A stretch of DNA of 64,000 nt from Eubacteriales bacterium (lineage in GTDB: Bacteria > Bacillota > Clostridia > Oscillospirales > RGIG5299), in NCBI GenBank assembly GCA_045588575.1, contig JAZNEJ010000008.1:197492-261491 (forward strand), written 5' to 3'. The first letter of the stretch is position 1; each line of letters begins with the position of its first letter. Both the position numbers and the translations under genes were made by a program. Positions 48,493 to 58,100 of this stretch are shown here, piece by piece. The notes below the pieces were generated by a model, which was not told the origin of the DNA, made no database searches, and was given only the letters and a program-made list of their open reading frames with translations.

Positions 48493-49775
48493 GAGAAAAA
48501 AAGCCAATCAAAAAGTGGATGAAGCTCGATAACGCCGCAAAAATCTATCCTGCCGCTCGCTCGGTTGGCTGGATGTCGGTTTTCAGGCTTTCCGCAATTT
48601 TAACTGAAAAAATCGACCCCGAAATATTAAAAGAGGCGGAGAGAAGAACAGCTCTTCGCTTTCCTTCAATGTGCCAAAAATTAAAAAAAGGCCTTTTTTG
48701 GTATTATCTTGAAGAAATAACAGAGAGTCCCGTTCCGGAAAAGGACGTTAAAAATCCTTGCGCAAGCTTCGATTTCAGAGAGCGAAACGGTTATATGTTT
48801 CGCGTGAGATATCACGAAAACCGAATAGCTTTAGAGGTTTTTCACGTTTTAACCGACGGCACGGGCGGTCTTGTTTTTTTAAAAACGCTTATAGCGGAAT
48901 ATTTAGAGCTTAAATACGGCGTTAAAATTCCGAGAGACGACTCGATTTTAGACGTTAACGAAAAGCCGAAAAAGGAAGAAATTGAAGATAGCCACGTGCG
49001 TTATGCAAGAGGCAAAACGCTCAAAAGAGATATGGAAAAGGCATATCGCCAAAAGGGCGAGAGAGAAGAAAAGGGCTATACCAACGTGGTAACCGCCATT
49101 ATGGATACCGAAAACTTGCGAAACACCGCCAAAAAATACGGCGCAACGGTAACCGAATATTTAACGGCGGCGCTCGTTTTATCGTTTCACGAAATTCAAA
49201 CCCGAGAAAAAAAGGCAAAAGAAAAAGTGCTTCCCGTTAGAATTTGCGTGCCGGTTAATTTAAGAAAGTTTTATAACTCCAAAACCATGCGAAATTTTGC
49301 GCAATTCGTTAACGTCGGCGTGGATTATTCCCTCGGCGAAGCAAGCTTTGAGGAAATTTTAAAGCAGGTAAAATGCGAAATGGGATTACTCGCATCGGAA
49401 CGAATGCTAAACGCCAAATTCAGCGCAAACGTAAGGGACGAGAAGAATAAATTTATGCGTCTTGTTCCTCTCTTTATAAAAAATCCCGTTATGAAAACCA
49501 TCTTCAAGCTAAACGGCGACAGAACGTCCTCAACAACGCTTTCGAACTTGGGACTCGTAACGCTTCCCGACGAAATGTCGAAATATATCACCCGTTTTGA
49601 TTTTATGCTGGGCGCGCTTTCAAGAAATCCCTCGGCGTTTGCCTCAATTTCATATAACGGCGTTACCACCGTTAATATGGTGAGGTCTATTAAAAATTCC
49701 GAGGCGGAAAAGAATTTTTGCCGCTTTCTCGTTAAAGACGGCGTGCACGTTAAGGTTGAAAGCAACAGCTTATAA
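48489..49775 (+). CDS. condensation/alcohol-acetyltransferase-like acyltransferase (HxxxDG)
   Basis: 428 aa with 'FHVLTDGTGG', which matches the HxxxDG catalytic motif. It overlaps the upstream stop by 4 nt. Confidence 0.55.
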   Translation: MREKKPIKKWMKLDNAAKIYPAARSVGWMSVFRLSAILTEKIDPEILKEAERRTALRFPSMCQKLKKGLFWYYLEEITESPVPEKDVKNPCASFDFRERNGYMFRVRYHENRIALEVFHVLTDGTGGLVFLKTLIAEYLELKYGVKIPRDDSILDVNEKPKKEEIEDSHVRYARGKTLKRDMEKAYRQKGEREEKGYTNVVTAIMDTENLRNTAKKYGATVTEYLTAALVLSFHEIQTREKKAKEKVLPVRICVPVNLRKFYNSKTMRNFAQFVNVGVDYSLGEASFEEILKQVKCEMGLLASERMLNAKFSANVRDEKNKFMRLVPLFIKNPVMKTIFKLNGDRTSSTTLSNLGLVTLPDEMSKYITRFDFMLGALSRNPSAFASISYNGVTTVNMVRSIKNSEAEKNFCRFLVKDGVHVKVESNSL

Positions 49776-49789
49776 AGGAAGGTGTTTTA

Positions 49790-50497
49790 ATGTCTTACTG
49801 TGTCAACTGCGGCGTTGAGCTCGGCGATGCCGAAAAGGCCTGCCCCTTGTGCCAAACGCCCGTTATAAATCCCGTATCTCCGTGGAAAGAGCCGCAAAAA
49901 AAGCCCTACCCCGACAGAGTAGATAAGCTTATGAGGGTGGTGGATTATAAATTCGGCGTGCGTCTTGCCGCGCTTTTGCTTATAATTCCCGTTTTTGTAA
50001 CGCTGCTTTGCAATATTGCGGTTAATAAGGAAATAAGCTGGTCGATTTACGTAATCGGCGGCGTAACCTGCTTTTTCGTTTGGGTTTTCCTGCCGCTTCT
50101 TTTCAAAAAAAGAAGACCTTACGTTTTCGTTTTGTTAGACGGTATTTCAACAGCCGCCTATCTTGCGGTAATAGCGCTTATGACGGGCGGATTGAATTGG
50201 TTTTTAACACTCGCTTTGCCGCTCGTTTCGGTAACGCTCCTTACAATAATGTTATTTATATTTATAGGACGTCGCAAAAAAATCTCACCGCTTCATAAAA
50301 TGGCTGCCTTTTCGCTCGGCATTGGAATTTTGTCTGTTGCAATTGAGCTGATAATAGACCTTTTCCTCTACTCTGCAATCGTTCCCGTTTGGTCGCTTTA
50401 CGTTTTAACGGTAACGGCGGTTTTTGCCGCGGTGTTTGCTCTCGTTGAAAGCAAAAAACGCTGGAAAGAGGAAATTATCCGCAAGCTTTTTTATTAA
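49790..50497 (+). CDS. zinc-ribbon membrane protein
   Basis: 235 aa with an N-terminal 'YCVNCGVEL...CPLCQTPV' zinc ribbon followed by five or six TM helices. Confidence 0.6.
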   Translation: MSYCVNCGVELGDAEKACPLCQTPVINPVSPWKEPQKKPYPDRVDKLMRVVDYKFGVRLAALLLIIPVFVTLLCNIAVNKEISWSIYVIGGVTCFFVWVFLPLLFKKRRPYVFVLLDGISTAAYLAVIALMTGGLNWFLTLALPLVSVTLLTIMLFIFIGRRKKISPLHKMAAFSLGIGILSVAIELIIDLFLYSAIVPVWSLYVLTVTAVFAAVFALVESKKRWKEEIIRKLFY

Positions 50498-50839
50498 AAA
50501 CTTTTCAAAAGAGTCTTTTTAAGACTCTTTTTTGTTTTCATAAAAACGCCTTGTTTTTGGCAAAAAATGCAAGAAAAGCTGCAAAATCAGCCTAAAAATT
50601 GCCGATTTTAATAAAAAATAAAAAATATTTAAAAAATGAAAACAAAATCAAAAAAGAGAGAGAAAACGAGCAAATAAGAGCAAATAAGAGAGAATAGAGG
50701 AAATAAATTGATTTTTTTGGTTTTAAGGTCTTGACAAGGTAAAAAATATAGTGTAATATATTGCAGTCGAAACGTAATAAATTCGTTTTAAAAAAAAGAA
50801 TAAGCGGTGTTAAAAACCGCACAGAGAGGAATAAAAAAC

Positions 50840-51265
50840 ATGAAAACCTTTATGGCAAGTGCAGAGAAGACCGAACGCAAATGGTTTATCATTGATGCAA
50901 AAGGTCAGCCTGTCGGCAAGGTAGCCGTTTTGGCAGCCGACATTTTAAGAGGCAAAGTTAAGCCTGAATTCACTCCTCATGCAGACTGCGGCGATTTCGT
51001 AATCGTAATCAACGCTAAAGAGGCAATTTTAACAGGCAAAAAAGCAGAACAGAAAGTTTACCGTCATCACACCGGTTGGGTTGGCGGCCTTAAAGAAATA
51101 AGCTACAAAAAGCTTATGGAAACATCTCCCGAAACCGTCATTGAAAAGGCAGTTAAAGGCATGATTCCCTCAACCACCATCGGCAGAGCTGCATTTTTAA
51201 GACTTAAAGTCTATGCAGGCGCAGAGCATCCCCATGCAGCACAGCAGCCTGAGCTTTGGAAGTAA
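50840..51265 (+). CDS. rplM: 50S ribosomal protein L13
   Basis: The ATG at 50840 (MKTFMASAEKTERKWFIIDA...) follows AGAGAGGA. Full-length L13 similarity. Confidence 0.95.
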   Translation: MKTFMASAEKTERKWFIIDAKGQPVGKVAVLAADILRGKVKPEFTPHADCGDFVIVINAKEAILTGKKAEQKVYRHHTGWVGGLKEISYKKLMETSPETVIEKAVKGMIPSTTIGRAAFLRLKVYAGAEHPHAAQQPELWK

Positions 51266-51280
51266 CGGAGGATTTGAAGA

Positions 51281-51682
51281 ATGTATACAGCTAAAAAAGA
51301 GTATTTTTACGGCACCGGCAGAAGAAAGAGCTCGGTAGCAAGAGTTAGAATTATGCCCGGCACAGGCGTAATCACCATCAACAACAGAGATATCGACGAT
51401 TATTTCGGTCTTGAAACCTTAAAGCTCGTCGTTCGTCAGGCATTCGAAGTAACCGAAACCCTCGGCAAATTCGACGTTATTGCAACCGTTTGCGGCGGCG
51501 GCGTTACCGGTCAGGCAGGCGCAATCCGTCACGGCACTGCAAGAGCATTGCTCCGCTACGATGCAGAGCTTCGTCTTCCCTTGAAAAAGGCAGGCCTCTT
51601 AACCAGAGACCCCAGAATGAAGGAAAGAAAGAAGTATGGCTTAAAGGCTGCACGTCGCGCACCTCAGTTCTCAAAGAGATAA
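51281..51682 (+). CDS. rpsI: 30S ribosomal protein S9
   Basis: 133 aa ending in the canonical '...RRAPQFSKR'. Confidence 0.95.
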   Translation: MYTAKKEYFYGTGRRKSSVARVRIMPGTGVITINNRDIDDYFGLETLKLVVRQAFEVTETLGKFDVIATVCGGGVTGQAGAIRHGTARALLRYDAELRLPLKKAGLLTRDPRMKERKKYGLKAARRAPQFSKR

Positions 51683-51792
51683 TTTCGGCTTATGCCGTTT
51701 ACACAAAATGCTTCGCTTTATGCGGAGCATTTTTGTTTTTAAAAAATAATGAAAGCTCACAATTTTACTTGTGAGCTTTGTTCTTTTATGAT

Positions 51793-52245
51793 TTATAAAT
51801 TTGTGTGAAAATAATAGAGAATGTTGGTTTGAGTATCAAAAATGTAAAGATCTAAACGGTAAACGGTGGTAATACCGCCTCCCCAAATTTCTTCATCGGA
51901 GAAAAGAACGTAATAGTCCTCGGTGTCTATAATTGTTTTATCAAAATCATAGTCTTCAACAAATTCTTCACCGCTCGCTTTAAGAGCGCTCTCAAACTCC
52001 GCAAAATATACCTCTAAACCAGATATCGCAGAAGCGTCAAGTCTAACAAAAAGCTTATTTTTAGAAAGGTCTACGGAGTCGAAGTAATATTTTTTGTATT
52101 CGGTGTAATCACCCAGTCCGTAACGATACTGCTCTTCATATCCGTGATGACCACCTAAAGAGGTTAAAACCATTGTTGTATAATTGCAGGAGCTGAAAGA
52201 GAAAATCATCAAGATTAAAATCAAAACAGCGATAACCTTTTTCAT
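51793..52245 (-). CDS. putative lipoprotein
   Basis: The ATG at 52245 (MKKVIAVLILILMIFSFSSC...) gives a signal peptide plus lipobox. The longer track ORF adds an implausible leader. Confidence 0.55.
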   Translation of the reverse strand: MKKVIAVLILILMIFSFSSCNYTTMVLTSLGGHHGYEEQYRYGLGDYTEYKKYYFDSVDLSKNKLFVRLDASAISGLEVYFAEFESALKASGEEFVEDYDFDKTIIDTEDYYVLFSDEEIWGGGITTVYRLDLYIFDTQTNILYYFHTNL

Positions 52246-52602
52246 AAAACAACACCACGCTTTTTTCTTATTATAGCATAGAAATATAAAATTTTCAATA
52301 TTTTTTAAATTGCCGCTTTTTTTAAAAAATATAGACAAATTCAAAACATTGTGGTAAAATATAAAAAATTCACACAACGTTATAATCGGCGTATAATATT
52401 ATACGCGCTGAATAATTAAGGATTTTTTTGGCAATAGTGTTGTTAAAATCTTGAAAAAGGAGGCGTTTTTCTGAATAAGAATAACCTCGTTTCAAGCCTT
52501 TTTGAGAAGGTAAAAAACAAAGTTAAAACCGCATTCGAGCAAATTAAACTGTTTAAAAAAGCGGTTTTTGAAGAAAGAAGAGAAGATGCCGTTAAAAAAG
52601 CG

Positions 52603-53607
52603 GTGTCGCTTTTAATAGTGCTTTTTTCGGTTTGCGTAACGGGCTTTTTAACCGTTTTTCAGGCTGTAAACACAAATTCCGTGCCTGAATACGAGATTGA
52701 AGACGAGATGCTCGACGCAGGCCTTTATATGCAGCAATACACCTATAATCTTTTTAAATTAGACAGTCTTTTTTTATCGCGCGATTTGGAAACGGAGGAA
52801 GAAACAACCGAGCCGCTTCGCGAGGTAACGGTTATAGATGCAGGTGAAAAGCTCACTTTTTACAGCAAAGATATGACTGTAAAGCAGTTTTTAGAGGAAA
52901 ATTATATCGTTTTGGGCGAGCAAGACAGTTTAAACGTTTCGGAAGAGCTGCTTTTATCAGAGGTTGAAAAAATTGAAATCAACCGCGTTGGCGTATCGCT
53001 TCAAACCGAAATTCAATACACCGATTTTAAAACCAAAACCAGCCGAGTTTATTTTTTGGCGGCAATAAACCAAATTCCCGCAAACGTTGAGGGAGTTAAG
53101 GGTAAAACGAAATTAACCTACCGCTGCACCTATGAAAACGGCAAGCTGGTTGATAAGCAGTTGGTTAGCAAAAATAAAATTTCCAACCCCGTTGACGCTA
53201 TAAACTACGTCGTTTACACTCCCGAATGGGAACGCTACGGGTTAGATATGAGCTACGTTGTGGGCACGGCGCAATACCGCTCAACCGCATATTCCTCCGA
53301 GCAGAAGAATTTAAGCTACTGTACCGCAATGGGCTATCACACCGACTACGGAATAGCGGCGGTAAGCTATAAAAATCCGGGCGCGGTAAGAATGGGAATG
53401 TGGGTTTACGTTTCTTGTCCGGGGCTTAATTTCGATTACGGCTACGCCTACGTTTGCGATACTTCGCACAGCAGCAGTAACGACTGGATGGACCTTCATT
53501 TTGAAACTGTTCGCGAGGCAAAAAAATGGGGACGCCGCAATATAACCGTTTATATTCTTTCGGGCAAGCCGCCCTTTGTTGACGAGCCCGAGCGTTTTAA
53601 AAGATAA
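52603..53607 (+). CDS. YabE-like cell-wall protein (DUF348 - G5 - 3D/RlpA-like domains)
   Basis: An N-terminal TM helix, a 'KQFLEENYIVLGEQDSL' DUF348-like segment, a G5-like 'VKGKTKLTYRCTYENGK' segment and a C-terminal 3D domain ('AYVCDTSHSSSNDWMDLHF'). The true start may lie upstream (see findings). Confidence 0.72.
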   Translation: MSLLIVLFSVCVTGFLTVFQAVNTNSVPEYEIEDEMLDAGLYMQQYTYNLFKLDSLFLSRDLETEEETTEPLREVTVIDAGEKLTFYSKDMTVKQFLEENYIVLGEQDSLNVSEELLLSEVEKIEINRVGVSLQTEIQYTDFKTKTSRVYFLAAINQIPANVEGVKGKTKLTYRCTYENGKLVDKQLVSKNKISNPVDAINYVVYTPEWERYGLDMSYVVGTAQYRSTAYSSEQKNLSYCTAMGYHTDYGIAAVSYKNPGAVRMGMWVYVSCPGLNFDYGYAYVCDTSHSSSNDWMDLHFETVREAKKWGRRNITVYILSGKPPFVDEPERFKR

Positions 53608-53612
53608 ACAGT

Positions 53613-53641
53613 AAAAGACCGCTTTATTTGCGGTCTTTTTT
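53613..53641 (+). terminator. Rho-independent terminator
   Basis: AAAAGACCGC tttattt GCGGTCTTTTTT. Confidence 0.75.
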
Positions 53642-53653
53642 ATTTAATATCTA

Positions 53654-53682
53654 TTGACAAAACAGGGGTTTTATAGTATAAT
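53654..53682 (+). promoter_or_regulatory. purA sigma-A-type promoter
   Basis: TTGACA (53654-53659), a 17-nt spacer, then TATAAT (53677-53682). Confidence 0.6.
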
Positions 53683-53782
53683 CTTTTAGGTAAATACAAA
53701 GAAAACCAAGCTTTTCGTCGGTATTGCCGTCGGAAAGCTTTTTTTGTGCAAAAAACAGGTAATAAAACGGAGGAAACAAGCA

Positions 53783-55057
53783 ATGTTAACAGCTATCGTT
53801 GGAATTAACTGGGGCGATGAAGGAAAAGGCAGAATGGTTGACCTTCTTTCCGAACAGCAAGATATTGTCGTTCGCTATCAAGGCGGCAACAATGCAGGCC
53901 ACACCGTAATAAACCATCTCGGAAAATTCATTTTAAATCTTCTCCCGAGCGGCATTTTAAGACCCGAAATAGTAAACGTTATGGGTAACGGAATGGTTAT
54001 CGACATTGAGCATCTCACAAAAGAGATGAAAAATCTCACCGATGCAGGCGTTAAAATCACTCCCGATAATTTAAAAATAAGCGATAAGGCAGTTATTTGT
54101 ATGCCTTACCACGTAATGCAGGACTGCTTGGAGGAGGAGCGTCTTAAAGACGGTAAATACGGCTCCACCCGCAGAGGCATTGCTCCCGTTTACGGCGATA
54201 AATATTTGAAAAAAGCAATCAGAATAGGCGACCTTTTGGACGAAGAATATTTAAAGAAAATTCTTCCCGGAATAGTTGAGTGGAAAAACCTCACAATCGA
54301 AAAGGGCTACGGCGCAAAGAAAATTGAGGTTGAAGATATGTTTAACTGGCTTAAAACATACGGCGACCATTTAAAACCCTTTATAGTTAACACCACCGAA
54401 TATCTTTACGATGCCGTTAAAGCCGGCAAAAGAATTATGTTCGAGGCTCAGCTCGGCGCTCTTCGCGATATTGATTTCGGCATTTATCCCTACACCTCTT
54501 CTTCTTCGATGATTGCGGCATACGCTCCCATCGGCGCAGGTATTCCCGGCGTTAAGGTTGATAATACCGTTGGTATAGTTAAAGCATACTCCTCTTGCGT
54601 GGGCGAAGGTCCCTTTACTGCCGAAATGTTCGGCGATGAAGCAAAAGAGCTTCGCGATGCGGGCGGTGAATACGGCGCCGCAACCGGCAGACCGAGAAGA
54701 GTCGGCGGCTTTGATGCAGTTGCAACCGCATACGGCGTTAAAATTCAGGGCGCAAATGAAATTGCCCTCACCAAACTCGACGTTCTTTCCTACATGAAGG
54801 AAATTCCCGTTGTTGTCGGCTACGACTATAACGGCAAGGTTTTAACCGATTTCCCTGTTGGCGACGTTTTGAACAAATCCAAACCTATAATTGAATATAA
54901 AAAAGGCTGGCAGTGCGATATTTCCGCTTGCCGCAAAATGTCCGACCTTCCCAAAGAAGCCGTTGATTACGTCAATTTCATTGAAAAATCAATAGGAGCT
55001 CACATTAAATACGTTTCTGTCGGCGCTGAAAGAGAAGCCTATATTATCAACGACTAA
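53783..55057 (+). CDS. purA: adenylosuccinate synthase
   Basis: The ATG at 53783 follows GGAGGA. The protein has the 'GINWGDEGKGRMVD' P-loop and 'GGNNAGHTV' motifs. Confidence 0.95.
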   Translation: MLTAIVGINWGDEGKGRMVDLLSEQQDIVVRYQGGNNAGHTVINHLGKFILNLLPSGILRPEIVNVMGNGMVIDIEHLTKEMKNLTDAGVKITPDNLKISDKAVICMPYHVMQDCLEEERLKDGKYGSTRRGIAPVYGDKYLKKAIRIGDLLDEEYLKKILPGIVEWKNLTIEKGYGAKKIEVEDMFNWLKTYGDHLKPFIVNTTEYLYDAVKAGKRIMFEAQLGALRDIDFGIYPYTSSSSMIAAYAPIGAGIPGVKVDNTVGIVKAYSSCVGEGPFTAEMFGDEAKELRDAGGEYGAATGRPRRVGGFDAVATAYGVKIQGANEIALTKLDVLSYMKEIPVVVGYDYNGKVLTDFPVGDVLNKSKPIIEYKKGWQCDISACRKMSDLPKEAVDYVNFIEKSIGAHIKYVSVGAEREAYIIND

Positions 55058-55062
55058 CAACA

Positions 55063-55093
55063 AAAGAGCCGAGCAACCCTCGACTCTTTTTTT
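55063..55093 (+). terminator. terminator-like hairpin between purA and carB
   Basis: AAAGAGcCGAG caacc CTCGaCTCTTT followed by TTTT. It ends about 20 nt before the carB start. Confidence 0.55.
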
Positions 55094-55116
55094 AGAAAAA
55101 TAACGGAGGAAAAATT

Positions 55117-58100
55117 ATGCCTATCAATCCCAACATAAAGAAAACAGTTGTAATCGGCTCGGGCCCCATCGTTATAGGTCAAGCGGCGGAGTTTGACTAT
55201 GCGGGCGCTCAGGCTTGCCGTGTTTTAAAAGAAGACGGCGTTGAGGTTGTTTTAATAAACTCAAACCCCGCAACGATAATGACCGATGAAAAGATGGCGG
55301 CAAAGGTTTACATTGAGCCGCTCACCACAACCGTTGTTAAGAGAATAATTGAGAAGGAAAAGCCCGATTCAATTCTTTCAACTCTCGGCGGACAAACGGG
55401 ATTAACCCTTTCGATGCAGCTTGCCAAGGAAGGCTTTTTAGATAAAATGGGCGTGCGTCTTTTGGGCGCCGACCCCGAAACCATAGATAAAGCAGAAGAC
55501 CGCCAAAGCTTTAAAGATACCCTTGCTTCAATAGGAGAGCCCTTCGTTCCTTCAAAGGTTGTTAACACTCTCGAGGATGGCAAGACATTCGTTGATAACG
55601 AGGTGGGATATCCCGTTGTTATCCGTCCCGCATTTACCTTGGGCGGCACGGGCGGCGGCATTTGCTATAACGAAGACGATATGAACGAAATTTGCCAGAA
55701 CGGCTTAAAGCTTTCACCCATCACTCAGGTTTTGGTTGAAAAGTGCATAAGCGGCTGGAAGGAAATTGAGTTTGAGGTTATAAGAGACAGAGTCGGCAAC
55801 GCCATTGTTGTTTGCAGCATGGAAAATATCGACCCCGTTGGTGTTCACACCGGCGACTCAATCGTTGCCGCGCCCGCATTGACTCTTAACGAAAAAGATT
55901 TCAATATGCTCAAAACCTCGGCAATAAACATTGTTCAGGCATTAAAGGTTGAGGGCGGCTGTAACGTTCAGTTTGCACTTAATCCCGTAAATTCCGAATA
56001 TGCGGTAATTGAGGTTAACCCCAGAGTTTCCCGTTCTTCCGCACTTGCTTCTAAAGCAACGGGCTACCCCATTGCGAGAGTTGCAACCAAAATCGCAATA
56101 GGCTACACTCTCGATGAAATTACCGAAAACACCGAAAGATGCAAAAACGGCATCTTCGAGCCTGCGGTAGATTACATAGTTTTAAAATTCCCCAAATGGC
56201 CCTTCGATAAATTCGTTTACGCCAATAAAACGCTCGGAACTCAAATGAAGGCAACGGGCGAGGTTATGTCTATCGGCTCCTCCTTCGAGGAAGCGTTGAT
56301 GAAGGCGGTCAGAGGCGCCGAAATAAAGAAAAGCTCAATGAACACGCCTGCTTACGCATCTTGGAGCGTGGATGAGCTGATTGCCGAAATTAAAAAATGC
56401 ACCGACGAGCGCATTTTCTTGGTTTGGGAAGCGTTAAAAAGAGGCGTAACTCACGAGGAAATTTACGAAATCACCAAAATAGACTGGTGGTTCTTGGATA
56501 AGCTTCAGGGAATGCTCGATTTTGAAAGAGAAATGGCAGAAAGCGAGCTTACCGACGAGATTTACTTAAAAGCCAAAAAGCTTGGATATCCCGATAAGGT
56601 TATTGAAGAAATTTCGGGCAAAAAGATAAAGAACAGAAAGCTTGCAACCTATAAGGTTGTTGATACCTGCGCCAAGGAATTCAGAGTAACCTCTCCTTAT
56701 TTCTATTCGAGCTTCGACGGCGAGCCCTGCGAGGCAACCGACTTTATTAAAAATAACAAAACCGATAAAAAGACGGTTATAGTTTTCGGCTCGGGTCCCA
56801 TAAGAATAGGTCAGGGCATTGAGTTTGACTATGCTTCGGTTCACTGCGTTTGGGCGCTTAAAGAAGCAGGCTACGACGTGGTTATAGTAAATAATAACCC
56901 CGAAACCGTTTCAACCGACTTCGATACTGCCGACCGACTCTATTTCGAGCCGCTCACAACCGAGGACGTTGAGAGCATTTTAGAGGTTGAAAAGCCCTAC
57001 GGCGTTGTTGTTGCATTTGGCGGTCAAACCGCAATTAAGCTCACCAAATTCCTCTCTGAAAGAGGCGAAAATATTTTAGGCACTCCCGCCGATTCCATTG
57101 ATGCGGCTGAAGACAGAGAGCGCTTCGACGCGCTTTTGGAGCGTTATAAAATTTGCCGTCCCGCAGGACATACCGTAATGACCGAGGAAGAGGCAATTAA
57201 AGCCGCAACCCAGCTCGGCTACCCCGTTTTAATGCGTCCGTCTTACGTTTTGGGCGGTCAGAATATGATAATCGCATTCAGCGAGGCCGACATCAAGGAG
57301 TATATGAAAATTATACTCGCGCAAAACATTGAAAACCCCGTTTTAATAGACAAATATTTGGGCGGCACCGAAATTGAGGTAGACGCCATCTGCGACGGCG
57401 AGGATATTTTAATCCCCGGCATAATGGAGCATATCGAAAGAGCGGGCATTCACTCGGGCGACTCTATTGCGGTTTACCCCGCTTGGAACGTTTCCGACAA
57501 AATGAGAGAAAGAATAGTTGACGTTACCAAAAACCTTGCGCTTGAGCTTAACACCAAGGGACTTATAAATATCCAGTATCTCATTTATCAGGGCGAGCTT
57601 TACGTAATTGAGGTTAACCCCCGTTCTTCAAGAACCGTTCCCTATATAAGCAAGGTTACCAAAATTCCCATGGTAGACCTCGCAACAAGAGCAATGCTCG
57701 GCGAAAAAATTAAAGATATGGGTTACGGCACCGGTCTTTATAAGGTTTCACCCTACGTTGCAATTAAGGTTCCCGTTTTCTCCTTTGAAAAGCTTCAGAA
57801 TTTAGATACGCATCTCGGCCCCGAAATGAAATCAACGGGCGAGGTTTTGGGCATTGCGGCAACAATGGAGGAGGCTCTTTATAAAGGCCTTTCAGCCGCA
57901 GGATATACCCTCAAAAAAGAGGGCGGCGTTTTCATAACCGTCAGAAACAGCGATAAGCACGAGGTTTATGAGGTTGCCAAAAACTTCTATGAGCTTGGCT
58001 TTAAGCTCTACGCAACCGAAGGCACCGCAAAGGTTATAAGAGATGCAGGTATGGAGGTTGAGGTTGTTGCAAAAATTCACGAGGGCAACAATAACACCAT

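Noticed and set aside
50592-50822. 76-aa minus-strand ORF in the AT-rich region upstream of rplM
   Set aside because: Its translation is low-complexity Phe/Leu/Ile-rich and comes from AT-rich promoter DNA. It has no RBS and overlaps the rplM promoter (TTGACA ... TGTAATAT).
53683-53782. Purine (guanine/adenine) riboswitch upstream of purA
   Set aside because: The leader is too short and lacks the conserved three-way-junction core. Only a single hairpin plus U-run is present, and that is reported separately.
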